A stretch of DNA of 64,000 nucleotides from Mobula hypostoma. Its lineage: Eukaryota. Below the pieces are notes generated by a model. That model ran no database searches, had not been told where the DNA came from, and worked only from the letters and a program-made list of their open reading frames with translations. The stretch is taken from positions 20,152,001-20,216,000 of the forward strand of contig NC_086118.1 in assembly GCF_963921235.1 (NCBI RefSeq), given 5' to 3'. Position numbers and translations under genes: made by a program. Below, one piece after another: positions 49,546-62,852 of this stretch (its first letter is position 1; every line of letters begins with the position of its first letter).

Positions 49546-51909
49546 CATATTCTGAACATGAATGAAATTTACCATCCATAAAAAATATTCTTGATGGAAA
49601 TTACCTATTTTGGAGCATCAGCTTTAAATTGGAAAATTATAGCAAACAGGATTTTCTTCTATTGACTGTAGTGCATTGTCAATATTGGTCGTCAGGCAAT
49701 TGAATTCCATGCACCCAGCATCCGAAGGAATATTTCCCCAAACTTAGAATCACTGTTTCATTCCATGAATATAATGAGAATAATGTATCAGATGATGACT
49801 TGCACTGTGATTGTGTCATTCACTGTTCTCAAAATGTTTTTCAAAGTACATGTGAAATTTAGACAATCCAATGCTAAAGAAAATGAGTTAAATAATAAAA
49901 ATGTAGAAATAAAGTAAAATAAATAAACACAATCTGGATGCAATGTGTATCACCAATTATGGATTTGAATCAAATACTGAATGAATAACGTGAGTGGAAT
50001 GAGTTAATAATTTACAATCCGTCCTGCTCCGATATTTTTCTGACTGCTAGTGAATAATTAAAGGATTTCCTGCTGGAATGAATTGTTCTGTTAATAGTTC
50101 TTTTTATTATTTACTAGGAGTTACACCCTAATTATTCTGTGACTGGTAAAATGGTGTGTTCCATCACTTAGGAGCATACGTTACATCATTTTCTGACTGA
50201 GGAAGAAAGAGTATTCCATAAACAGGTTAAAATATAATTACAGACCTCTGTGCATTCTCATCCATCGGTAGCTTCTTAAAATTATGTGCTATTCTTTCTC
50301 TTCCCAAATTCCCACAACTAAGAACCACAAGCCTTATGTATAACTTGTCAACACAGTAAAAAATAACAGACTTATAAAAAAAAACCTTAACTTACCTTAG
50401 AAATCAAATCATCCAAAAATGATTAAAACTGTGCTGGAAAGTACTGTCCTATACCTTCATTTTCCACTTCAAACATCATTACAAACGTTAGTTTAAACGT
50501 TTAGTTTAATGGCAGGTAATAGTGTCTACTGTGGATTTGCCACCCAGCTGACTAACTGGCATTATGGAAATAGTCAGCTGTGGTTACCTGATATGGAAAC
50601 TGTTCAATGCAAATCACATACATTCATTCTTCAGTGTCCATGTTATGCTTAGGCAAAAAAAAAACAAAAATCTATTCCCTGAACTTTAGGAACTGGATAG
50701 AAACTATTTATACTCATTTTCTTTGGGTATGTTTATAACTAGGAGTGGTAATAATATCTCCCTGGGTTAGATATCAATCAAGTCTTGCAAACAAAAGAGC
50801 AACCTGCTTTTCCACAGAACCTACCAACACTCATCACTTCCCCTCACTCGTAAAATAAAACAACTGTACTTCTTTGGCTTTATGTCCTCAATTGTCTACA
50901 GATTCAGTCAGCAGGCTATTCAGCCCATCCTAGTTCTGCCAACACTTTGAAAATGCAACTGATGTACCACAACTCCACCATTCTGGCATCTTCAAGATGA
51001 ACTTACAGTACTTCCTAGTCTATTTTGAAAGTTACTATTAAACCTATTTCCCCACCCTTTCAAGATATTTCTCTCAATTTTTAATGGGTTATTTTGGTTT
51101 TCTTTATTTTGTGGCTGCGTTTTGAGAGATGAAACTCAAGGTTGCCCTTAATGATGGATGTCACCTTCTTGCAGCACCACTTCTTGAAGATAGAAAGATC
51201 ATAGAAAGATGTAAAAAATCCAGTTACTTTCTGATGTCAGTCAGAGGCAAGTGTACTAAGAACCATCCGGTAATACTGTGAATGTTTGCTGGGGTACAAG
51301 TGAACGCTGACATTTTACTTCATGGAATCACTATTCTAAGGAAAAGGGCACTAAGCAAGTTCAAGGCACTGTATCTGATCTTCAGAATGGGGTGATTCAG
51401 CTGTCAAAATCCAACAATTATTTCAATGGTTTCAGGACACCAGCTCATCCAATCTGTATCAAACCCAACCTGTTCTGATTAAAGTTCATTTTCCTGTAAT
51501 GTTAACTCAATTCTTCACTCTCCATCAATACTCCATCCTCTCTTGGTTGTCAGTAGCACCACTGGCACCATACAGATTTTGAACATAGAAAGTAAAAGGA
51601 GTGGGCCACTTGGCCACTCAGCCTCTCAAACCTATTCCAACTTTCCATAAGACTATGCTTAATCAGTTTCCTACTGCATTCTCCCTTCCTGTAATTTTGA
51701 AAAATATGTTTGGCTTCTTGAAAATATGTTCGATGATAAGTAGTCATCAACCTGACACATTACCTTTCTCTCCCCGGCCTGCTGAGTACGTCCAGCATTT
51801 TCTTACTTCATTTCAGATAACCATCATTTCCAGTTTTCTTCTTCATTCATTTTCTCAAACGGAGAAGCAGCTTTGTTGAACACTTTCTACACCGTTTAAC
51901 CCACAGTGG

Positions 51910-54900
51910 AGGTTTGTTAGTGCTATTGGGGAGGCTTTAAACTAGATTTGCAGGGGGATGGGAACCAAAGTGCCAGAGCTGACAGTGTGGCTGGGGTGAA
52001 AATAAATGATTTTAAAAGTTCAAGCAAATCCGCTAATAGAAAGGTTGTGAGTGGTGGTAAAAATCTTCTGAAGTGTATATATTTCAATGCTAGGAGTATT
52101 GCGGGGAAGGTGGATGGGTTGAGGGCGTGGATTGACATGTGGAGTTATGACGTTATAGCAATTAGTGAAACTTGGCTACAGGAGGGGCGGGACTGGCAGC
52201 TTAATATTCCAGGGTTCTGATGTTTCAGATGTGATCGAGGCAGAGGAATGAAAGGTGGGGGAGTAGCATTGCTTGTTAGGGAAAATATTACAGCAGTGCT
52301 CAGGCAGGACAGATTAGAGGGCTTGTCTACTGAGTCCTTATGGGTGGAGCTGAGAAACAGGAAAGGTATGGCCACATTACTGGGATTGTATTACAGACCA
52401 CCCAATAGTCAACGAGAATTGGAAGAGCAAATCTGCAGAGAGATAGCAGGCAACAGCAGGAAACATAAAGTTGCAGTGGTAGGGGATTTTAATTTTCCAT
52501 ATATTGATTGGGACTCCCATACTGTTAGGGGTCTAGATGGTTTAGAGTTTGTAAAATGTGTTCAGGAAAGTTTTCTAAATCAATATATAGAGGGACCAAC
52601 TAGAGGGGATGCAATATTGGATCTCCTGTTAGGAAACGAGTTAGGACAATTGACAGAAGTCTGTGTAGGGGAGCACTTTGGTTCCAGTGATCATAACACC
52701 ATTAGTTTCAACTTGATCATGGACGAGGATAGATCTGGTCCTAGGGTTGAGGTTCTTAACTGGAAGAAGGCCAAATTTGAAGAAATGAGAAAGGATCTAA
52801 AAAGCATGGTTTGGGACAGGTTGTTCTCTGGCAAGGATGTGATTGGTAGGTGGGAAGCCTTCAAAGGAGAAATTTTGAGAGTGCAGAATTTGTATGTTCC
52901 TGTCAGGATTAAAGGCAAAGTGAATAGGAATAAGGAACCTTGGTTCTCAAGGGATATTGCAACTCTGATAAAGAAGAAGAGGGTGTTGTATGACATGTAT
53001 AGGAAGCAGGGAGTAAATAAGGTGCTTGAGGAGTATAAGAAGTGCAAGAAAATACTTAAGAAAAAAGTCAGGAGTGCTAAAAGAAGACATGAGGTTGCCT
53101 TGGCAGTCAAAGTGAAGGATAATCCAAGGAGCTTTTACAGGTACATTAAGAGCAAAAGGATTGTAAGGGATAAAATTGGTCCTTTTGAAGATCAGAGTGG
53201 TTGGCTATGTGCGGAACCAAAGGAAATGGGGGAGATCTTAAATAGGTTTTTTGCATCTGTATTCACTAAGGAAACTGGCATGAAGTCTATGGAATTAAGG
53301 GAAACAAGTAGTGAGATCATGGAAACTGTACAGATCGAAAAGGAGGAGGTCCTTGCTGTCTTGAGGAAAATTAAAGTGGATAAATCCCTGGGACCTGACA
53401 GGGTGTTCCCTCGGACCTTGAAGGAGACTAGTGTTGAAATTGCAGGGGCCCTGGCAGAAATATTTAAAATGTTGCTGTCTACAGGTGAGGTGCCAGAGGA
53501 TTGGAGAGTGGCTTGTGTTGTTCCATTGTTTAAAAAAGGATTGAAAAGTAATCCGGGAAATTATAGGCCAGTAAGTTTAACGTTGGTAGTAGGTAAGTTA
53601 TTGGAGGGAGTACTAAGAGACAGAATCTACAAGCATTTGGATAGACAGGGACTTATTAGGGAGAGTCAACATGGTTTTGTGCGTGGTAGGTCATGTTTGA
53701 CCAATCTATTGGAGTTTTTCAGGGAGGTTACCAGGAAAGAGAATGAAGGGAAGGCAGTGGATATTGTCTACATGGACTTCAGTAAGGCCTTTGACAAGGT
53801 CCCGCATGGGAGGTTAGCTAGGAAAATTCAGTCGCTAGGTATACATGGAGAGGTAGTAAATTGGATTAGACATTGGCTCAATGGAAGAAGCCAAAGAGTG
53901 GTAGTAGAGAATTGCTTCTCCAAGTGGAGGCCTGTGACTAGTGGTGTGCCACAGGGATCAGTGCTGGGTCCATTGTTATTTGTCATCTATATCAATGATC
54001 TGGATGATAATGTGGTAAATTGGATCAGCAAATTTGCTGATGATACAAAGTTTGGAGGTGTAGTAGACAGTGAGGAAGCTTTTCAGAGTCTGGACCAGCT
54101 GGAAAAATGGGCTGAAAAATGGCAGATGGAGTTTAATACAGACAAGTGTGAGGTATTGCATGTTGGAAGGACAAACCAAGGTAGAACATACAGGGTTAAT
54201 GGTAAGGCACTGAGGAGTGCAGTGGAACAGAGGGATCTGGGAATACAGATACAAAATTCCCTAAAAGTGGCGTCACAGGTAGATAGGGTCGTAAAGAGAG
54301 CTTTTGGTACATTGGCCTTTATTAATCAAAGTATTGAGTATAAGAGCTGGAATGTTATGATGAGGTTGTATAAGGCATTGGTGAGGCCGAATCTGGAGTA
54401 TTGTGTTCAGTTTTTGGTCACCAAATTACAGGAAGGATATAAATATGGTTGAAAGAGTGCAGAGAAGGTTTACAAGGATATTGCCCGGACTTGAGAAACT
54501 CAGTTACAGAGAAAGGTTGAATAGGTTAGGACTTTATTCCCTGGAGCGTAGAAGATTGAGGGGAAATTTGATAGAGGTATATAAAATTATGATGGGTATA
54601 GATAGAGTGAATGCAAGCAGGCTTTTTCCACTGAGGCAAGGGGAGAAAAAAAACAGAGGACATGGGTTAAGGGTGAGGGGGGGGAGTTTAAAGGGAACAT
54701 TGGGGGGGGGGCTTCTTCACACAGAGAGTGGTGGGAGTATGGAATGAGCTGCCAGACGAGGTGGTAAATGCGGGTTCTTTTTTTAACATTTAAGAATAAA
54801 TTGGACAGATACATGGATGGGAGGTCTATGGAGGGATATGGTCTGTGTGCAGGTCAGTGGGACTAGGCAGAAAATGGTTCGGCACAGCCAAGAAGGGCCA

Positions 54901-54948
54901 AAAGGCCTGTTTCTGTGCTGTAGTTTCTATGGTTTCTATGGTTCTATG
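51910..54948 (+). mobile_element. Young CR1 LINE with almost complete ORF2 (APE endonuclease plus RT), 5'-truncated
   Basis: ORF 51948-52220 (CIYFNARS..AISETWL) is in frame with ORF 52248-54452 (734 aa: GDFNFP, SDHN, KFADDTK); C-terminus in 54403-54747; (ttctatgg)n tail 54922-54948. Confidence 0.96.
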
Positions 54949-55159
54949 AAGGAGCGTATAATGAGAATAAAGCTGAGGAAAGTTTCTTGTTTCTTATTAG
55001 AAACATTAATGTGCATAAAAAAGTCTCCAATGTTATGCATCATTTTCCTTGTTTTCAATATAGCTTATGAATAGAAAAGTTGTGAATTACGCAGCAAACA
55101 CTAGCCTCTAATGATATGAATTAATCAGTGCATTAAAAATTGCACTGAAGCTGTGGTTT

Positions 55160-56290
55160 CTAATCTGACGTTTAGCCTGGCGATGATGTAATTCAGTTCC
55201 CGCCCCGGTAAAAGATCTGCCTGTCGCTATTCATATCATGAATTCTCGCTGTTATACATCTGTCGCTCTTTAACGGAGAGCAATGTTTCCAATGACAAAC
55301 TACAAGGAGGAGGCACAGCCTTAATCTCACTTCGTTTTGGGGCTTTCCATAGACGGGACCCTGGGATAAGGAGAACGCGAGCGCCCGGCGGAAAGAGGTG
55401 TCAGAGCTGGGAAGGAGTGAAGGCAAGTATCTTTACTACCGGTCGAGAGGGATGGGGCGCAAAGACCGGGACGAGACTGACGAGTGTGAGGAAGCTGAGT
55501 GGTAACTGAAGAGCGAGATCGATGAAATCCGTAGTAATAAAAAAGCGCAAAAACACGTGAAATGTAAGGAGAGTTTAAATTACAAGCGGCTGTGTTGCTG
55601 TAATCGTTATTTTCGACTTTTGACTAGTACACACACACTGGATCTGAAATGGTTAAAATGTGTTTGAATCAAAGCGCCAGATTGTAACTTCCCCTTTACG
55701 TTTAATATCCAGAAGTTGAGAGCGCACTGTCAGTTGTCACGGTGATTCATTCATCAACCTGGGAGAGGCTGAGAGGTTCGGGAAGTGGGGGTGAAGATGA
55801 AAAGGAGGAGCAGGTGGGGTGACAGAACAGGGGTGGTTGAACTGGGAGCTGACCGTAGCTCAAGCGTCTGGTCGGAGCGATTAAAGAAATTTCAGACGCG
55901 GCACTACACAGATTATAGAGTAATAAAAGGGGCGGTTAGTTCTCCAGATTTGTGTTCAACTGTAGTGTTTGTGGGCAGCATTACGCATTGGGATAAGAGG
56001 GTTTTGCAAAGCACTCTTCGGGAGTTTGCACACAAGCGAAGTCCCGATCAATGGCTGTGTCGAGCTCGGAGCAGCTGCACCGCCACTCAATGTAAATGTT
56101 TATATAGAGGCAGAAAGCGGATAAAAACCAACTGGCAACGAGAAGCCGCGCCCAAAGCTACCACAACTCCAACAATAAATCATGGGATACAGTAATCCCA
56201 AAAGAATGGCGAGCCGTGAGAGTGGAAAATAAATGGTAACTTAGAGCACTTTTACAGAGCAAATCGATATGTGACGTGCCCAGCGGTGTT
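55160..56290. promoter_or_regulatory. CpG-rich probable promoter/first-exon region of an unidentified gene
   Basis: Clearly higher CpG density than flanks and no TE similarity seen; ttcccgcccc (E2F/GC-box-like) ~55197; ccaat ~55289; AAG|GCAAGT donor at 55422/55423. Confidence 0.6.
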
Positions 56291-58027
56291 AGCTAATTAC
56301 CAGGAGTGTAATTGCACATTGTGTGTGTTGGGGGTGGGGCTTCCCTCACCCCAATCAATTTATATCTGAGAAATAGATGTTGTCTGGATGGGAAGCAGAG
56401 AAACGGTACCATGCCAGCAACAATTGGCACTTCTGCTCTAGTGAGATAAGATTTGTCACACTCTGCCGAATTGTTCATGTGGAGTGTCCCAACGGGGGTG
56501 AAATAGCTGAAGAGATTTAGGAAGAGAACTGACAAGGTGACAGTAATGGTGAGTGATGGGGAGAAGGGAAAAGGGAGAGACCTGGGGTTCCCAAGAGGCT
56601 AGGGAATGGTGGAATTCTCAGCAGTGGAGATTGGAGGGAGGTTACTGAGAATAGAAGAGTAATTCCTTAGAGCAGCTTGAAAATAAGGATAGGAATTTTA
56701 AATTTGCCACTTACTGGAGTATGAAGTAAATTGTAAATTGGTAATTTTGTTCATTGTTGTCACTTGTATTGAGGGACCCTGAAAATCATTTCTTGCACAC
56801 TGCTCATGCAGATCCATTCTTTACAACTCTGATGTCATACGGAATAATGCAGAGAATTTAGATTTAAAAGAGTTGAACAATTATAATAGAAGTAACGAGT
56901 CGATCTGAAGGGAGCTGCTTAAACGGGTTGATGGGCCTTAGGAGATTGAGAGAGGAAAAGCAAAGAGACAAGTTTATAGAGTTTAGCCAGGACAGCATTA
57001 ACTTGAAGATAAAATGGTTAAGAGTGATGGTGGTACCAATTGATGAACTGGGTCATGCTACACTACAGAGGCAAATCTAAGTGGTCATGATGAAGGGGAA
57101 GAAAGAGTCGGAAGGTGGCCCAGGAGTTGTCAGTATTCTATTGCAGAATTAAACAGTGGCTAGGAATCACAGGCTGAGGGACAAATTTCTATCAACCCAA
57201 GATGGAAGTGATGCAATCTGAAAGGTATTTTGTAAATGGACAAATCATTGACAATATGATAATTCACAAACATGTACACTCTAGAAAGTGATCCCAATCT
57301 GGAGTGGATAAAAGTTAGTAATAAACAATGGGTTTGTTGCAGAAAATACTGGAATCGCCCACAGTCTTTCTTACATTGTTTGTATATCATTGTGACTGAT
57401 ACACTGTTTGACTCCAGGTGCACTTGGATTTTCTATCATACTTAAGTACCTGAAGGTGTTACCAAATTGGAAATGTTTCAGTTACAAATGTATGACTATT
57501 GATCTAAATCTTAAGTCAATATAAGGTAGGGCCTGTATTTTAATCGATACAGGGACATTGTTATAAGAACTGTGATTTAAATTTGACAATGCCAAAGCTC
57601 AATCTTTTTATATAACTTTTCTCTGCAGTTAGATTAAGTCTTAAACATATAAACAATTCATGCCAATTGTGCAGAACTTTAGTCTTTTGAAAGTTCCTTG
57701 TTCTATAAAACAAGGCCGTGTTGCAACTATGATATATTGTGTTTGTATAGCACCCATAACATGGCGAATTATAGAAAGGAGAATTAAGTCAATTGAAGAA
57801 AAACCTTTTCATCAATAAAATACAAAGTGCATTTATAAAACACTTTCAAATCTGCTGTTTGCTGTTGCCTTTTTAGGTACTTCCGGGGATTTTTTACAAT
57901 TGGAAAGATTGTTAGAATCTACTTTCCAGGGGCGTAGTCCAAAATCTGAATTATTGTAAATCCTTCAGCCTTCGCCCAATGGCTTAGACTGTGTACAGCA
58001 AATGTTCCAAACGGTTATTAACCTAGA

Positions 58028-58118
58028 CAGGGTTTCCTAACTTGGTTAGCAAGGGGTAAGCACAGACCCCTTGCTTAATGGTAGAGATCCATGGCATTAG
58101 AAAGTCTGTGAACCGCTG
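58028..58118. mobile_element. Small hAT (Charlie-like) MITE
   Basis: Ends cagggtttcctaac / gtgaaccgctg; acctaga duplicated at 58021-58027 and 58119-58125. Confidence 0.65.
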
Positions 58119-58869
58119 ACCTAGAACATTATAGGGATTTATCTATATTGTAAACTTGTGAAATTGACTTGATGGTTTATGTTAATTGTGCACGTTGAGT
58201 TTTCATTGGCTCATTATTGCTATTAGCTGTTTGAGTTGCAATCGTCATCAATTGTCACTACCCCCATTTGTATAGGCAGTTGTTCACAGCTTTCAGAAAA
58301 TTAGCATTTAGTTATCTAATAATTTCAGAAAGAAAATTAAAGAAAAATTGCCAAAACTGAAAACACTATGGCTTTAATTGCTGTCAAATCAACACTTTGA
58401 AAGCCTATCTGCAGACACTTAGCTGTAAAAATTTGCTTCTTATTCTTGGCTAGAACATGAGGCTCTGTGTGAATTCCTCTTTGGTGTAGGTCAAACAACA
58501 TCTAGCCATGCTCAGTAGAAAATGAATTCAATTAACCAAAGGACACTTAAAAACATTAATGATTATTCATTTGTGGCATATAATTTTATTAGTTCCCTGA
58601 TAATGTGAATCAATCTAACATTTGATCAATCACATTTTTAAATTTCATTCAAAGTCACCTATCCTATATACTGTATCATTACACTTCATAGATCAAGAAC
58701 AAATAACTGCACCTGCTGAAGGAGGGCAAATCTTTGGTATCGAAATGCTGACATCTCCGTTACAGCTCTTAAATGGTGTTAACATCTATTTGTTTCACTT
58801 TGTAAAAAAATTTCCCTGTAAGAGATTCAAAGTTAATGAGACCAGTAGAGAAAACAAAATTAAGTTATT

Positions 58870-59358
58870 CTGACATGGAGAGCATTCTGATTGGCTGCAT
58901 CACCGTCTGGTACAGGGTCTACTGGACAGGATCAAAGAAGGTTGTCAAGTTAGTCAGCTCCATCATGGGTACTAGCCTCTGTAGTATCCAGGATATCTTC
59001 AAGGAGCAGTGTCACAGGAAGGCGGCATCCATCATTAAGGATCCCCACCACCCAGGACATGCCCTCTTCTCATTGTTACCATCAGGAAGGAGGTACAGAA
59101 GCCTGAAGGCGTTCACTCAGTGATTCAGGAACAGCTTCTTCCCCTCCAACATCTGATTTCCAAATAAAATCACAACCCCACTATTTTATTTATTTCTGTT
59201 TTTGCGTACTTATTTTAACAACTAATATATATATACACACACACACACACCTCTGTAACTCAGTTTTTTTAATATTTATCATGTATTGCATTGTATGGCT
59301 ACTGCAAAGTTAACAAATTTCATGACATATGCCAGTGATATTAAATCTGATTCTGATT
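58870..59358 (+). mobile_element. Rex1/Babar 3' fragment
   Basis: ORF 58836-59123 (ESILIGCITVWY..DPHHPGHALFSLLPSGRRYRSLK); (tctgat)n tail. Confidence 0.9.
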
Positions 59359-60134
59359 TGTACATACATTTTAACTATAATTAAAACACAGTGAGCATTA
59401 TAGCCAGGGCTTGTTGATATCCATTAAAATTTTCAGAAATTTCTGTACCAACAATGCATATGGCAATTTTCTGCCTGAGTGCACTATTCAGTATGAGTTG
59501 CTAGCTTTTGAGTAAATTTGACGATAAGCAGTCCACCTTCTTTAATTATATCATTCCACACCCAGAAGCTCCAACAGTGAAAGCAGATTAGAATTGATTA
59601 AGAGTAGCTATTTACCAATTTCCTGTTCCCTTCATAGCTTATCTAAAATGCTGTATCTATGTTGAATAACCAGAAACAGATATGGCTTACAAGGAATAAT
59701 AAATCTTTTTGTATTTTAAGGCATGATGTTACTTGAGTAGTTATATTCTGATGTTCTCGACCTGCTTATATTGCAACTGGCTCAAGACAAATGGGTTTTT
59801 GTGGCTAAAATACAATGCATAGTGATAATATCATTTAATGATAATTAATTCTGAAATAATCATTGCATGTATGATTATCACAAGATATCACTTTCAGGCC
59901 TTCATATGTAAGAATAGCAGTTAAGTTAAGAAAATTGGCAAACTGCTTTCAGCTTCTTACCTGCACAGTTTTAATTTATGCCAGAAGGGAAGAATCACCT
60001 CCATGAAAGTTGTTTGGATGAGTTTGCTACAAAATTTGATAATATATATCATATATACATCTGCTTTCTCACTGCCTGCTTATAACACTAGTGTCACAGA
60101 AACTTGCAAACCAATTCCAATTTTTTCTACAGAA

Positions 60135-61548
60135 GTGGAGTGAGTCTAACTTCAGTGCTGGGCAAGTTATTGGAGCAGATCCTGAGAGGCAGGTTTTATG
60201 AGTATTTGGAGAGACATAAGCTGATTAGGTTTAGTCAGCATGGCTTTGTCAAGGGCAGGTCATGCCTTACAAACCTGATTGAATTCTTTGAGGATGTAAC
60301 AAAACACACTGATGAAGGTACAGCAGTGGATATCGAGTATATTGGATTTCAGTAAGGCATTTGATAAGGTTCCCCATGCAAGGCTCATTCAGAAAGTAAT
60401 GAGGCATTGGATCCAAGGAGACCTTGCTTTGTGGATCCAAAATTTGCTTGTACACAGAAGGCAAAGAGTGGTTGTAGATGGTTCATATTCTGCATGGAGG
60501 ACAGTGACCAGTGGTATTCCGCAGGGATCTGTTCTAGGACCCCTCCTCTTTGTGATTTTTTTTATAAATGAAGTAGAAGGGTGGGTTAGTAAGTCTGCTG
60601 GTGACACAAAAGTTGGGGTGTTGTGACTAGTCTGGAAGGTTGTCAGAGGTTACAGCACGACGTCGATAGGATGCAGAACTGGGCTGAGAAGTGACAGATG
60701 GAGTTCAACCAAGGTAAGTGTGAAGTGGTTCATTTTGGTAGGTCAAATCTGAAGACACAATATAATATTAATGGTAAAACTCTTGGCAGTGTGGAGGATC
60801 AGCAAGATCTTGGGGTCCGTGTCCATAGGACACTCAAAGCTGCTGCGCAGGTTGACAATGTTAAGAAGGTGTATGGTGTGTTGGCCTTCATCAACCATGG
60901 GATTGAGTTCAAGAGCCGTGAGGTAATATTACAGCTATATAAGCCCTTAGCTAGACCCCACTTGGAGTACTGTGCAACACACACAAAATGCTGGAGGAAC
61001 TCAGCAGGCCAGGCAGCATCTATGGAAAAAAGTACAGTCGACATTTCAGGCATACTATGTTCAGTTCTGGTCACCTCACCACTATAGAGAGAATGCAGAG
61101 GAGGGTTATCAGAACGTTGCCTGGATTGGAAATCGTGCCTTATGAGAAAAATAGGTTGAGTAAATTTGGCCTTTTCTCCTTGGAGCGACAGAGGATGAGA
61201 GGTGACCTGATAGAAGAGTATAAGATGATGAGAGGCTTTGATCATGTGGATTGTCAGAGGCTTTTTCCCAGGGTTGAAATGGCTAACACGAGGAAGCATA
61301 GTTTTAAGGTGCTTGGAAGTAAGTACAAAGGGGAAGTCAGAGGTAAGTTTTTCACACACAGAGTGGTGGATGTGTGGAATGCACTGCCAGCGAAGGTGGT
61401 AGAGGTGGATACAATAGGGTCTTTCAAGATACATGGAGCTTAAAAACTAGAGGGCTATGTGGTAGGGAAATTCTTGGCAGTTTCTAGTGTAGGTTACATG
61501 GTCGGCACAACATTGTGCGCTGAAGATTTATGTTATGTTATATGTTCT
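60135..61548 (+). mobile_element. CR1 3' fragment with internal Penelope micro-insertion
   Basis: ORFs 60104-60355, 60312-60626, 60698-61087 and 60988-61443 carry CR1 RT motifs. Confidence 0.92.
60975..61052 (-). mobile_element. 78-bp Penelope terminal-repeat insertion truncated within the hammerhead motif
   Basis: TSD tactgtg (60968-60974) / tactatg (61053-61059); minus strand begins near gcctgaaatgtcgactg. Confidence 0.8.
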
Positions 61549-62852
61549 AATTACACAAATGCATTGACCCGAAACAGACAAAGTGGCCAAACTGGTTTAT
61601 TTTTTTTCAATAAGCTCCTCGCAAGCTTCTTCATCTAACTCAATCAAACATAAACTTAGTTCTTTCTCTCATTTGCTGATGTAGCTTCCCCTTAAAAGCA
61701 TCTATGCTACTCTCCTCAACAATATCCGGTATTAGCAAGACCCATGTTCTAATCACTCTCTGGCAATGCAGCTCTCCTAAATCTCCTATTCCATTTGTCC
61801 GGGTCAATACTCCAAGTTTTTGACTCCCTACCATGCCAACCGCCTGCTCCATGCATACTTAGCGTTTCTGTATCTAGCCTTTCAATATATTTTCTAATAA
61901 TTTAAAAAATCTCCATCAATCACTTTTCTCTTCTGATTTTACCAAAAACGGCACAATTTGATTCAATTTTTTTCTTAAGTATATCAAGTCAGTACCAGAA
62001 ATATTGCTCCTTATCCTTTTTTATAATGTTGACCAGAAATGTGCACAGGATTACAAACATGGTATAAATGAGTTGTTACATAACTTTAACTCCTCTACAA
62101 TTCAACTCTAGCCACACAGAAATTACCGCAATGTCTGGTTATTAAAGCCCTTTTATTCTGTCTCACCAATTTAAGCGATATGCATATCTTGCCCTTTGAA
62201 TTACAGTATTGTGCAACTACTTTTAGGGTCTTATCTTCCAAAGAGTAGCAAAATGTGTCTCCATAGATTCATCTATATTGAAACAAATTGTTCAGCTACA
62301 TACTGTATATTGTGGTACATTTATTTGTTTTAATCACTTATATATTTGCTGCATTTTTTTTACAACTTGTTTCTTTTGCTCAATCCTTAGAGTTTCTTTG
62401 CCTATTTTTGCACCTAATCTACTTCACTTTCTCTCTCATAAATAATGTATAACAATTTTAAAGCAGGAACAGTGTAATTGATTAAAACAGTAACAACATC
62501 AAATGCAAGCAAATGACTTTCAATATTACTAACTCTGATGTGACATATTTTGTAAGAAAATTAACATTATATAATCTTTGAAAACCTGAAAAACATTGAT
62601 ATGTTCTTATCAAATATCAAAAGGAACATTGACAATGTTAGGGTGAGTTACATTCATTAACAATAAAAGAATTGAGTAGTTTATCATTAGGTTTCTTCAG
62701 ATATACTCCTATAAATTGAGCCATAGTCATAGAGTCATATAGCACAGAAACAGGCCCTTCAGCCCATTTCATCCATACTGATCAAGATGTCCTATCCAAA
62801 CTAGCTTCATTTGCTTGTCTTTGGCCCATAACTTTACAATCCAACTTTTCAA

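Noticed and set aside
55785..56195. 136-aa ORF in the CpG-rich region
   Set aside because: GTG start and no recognisable motifs; expected by chance in GC-rich DNA.
59955..60020. Minus-strand donor GCAG|GTAAG with a short upstream ATG frame
   Set aside because: Isolated signal with no acceptor or linked exon identified.
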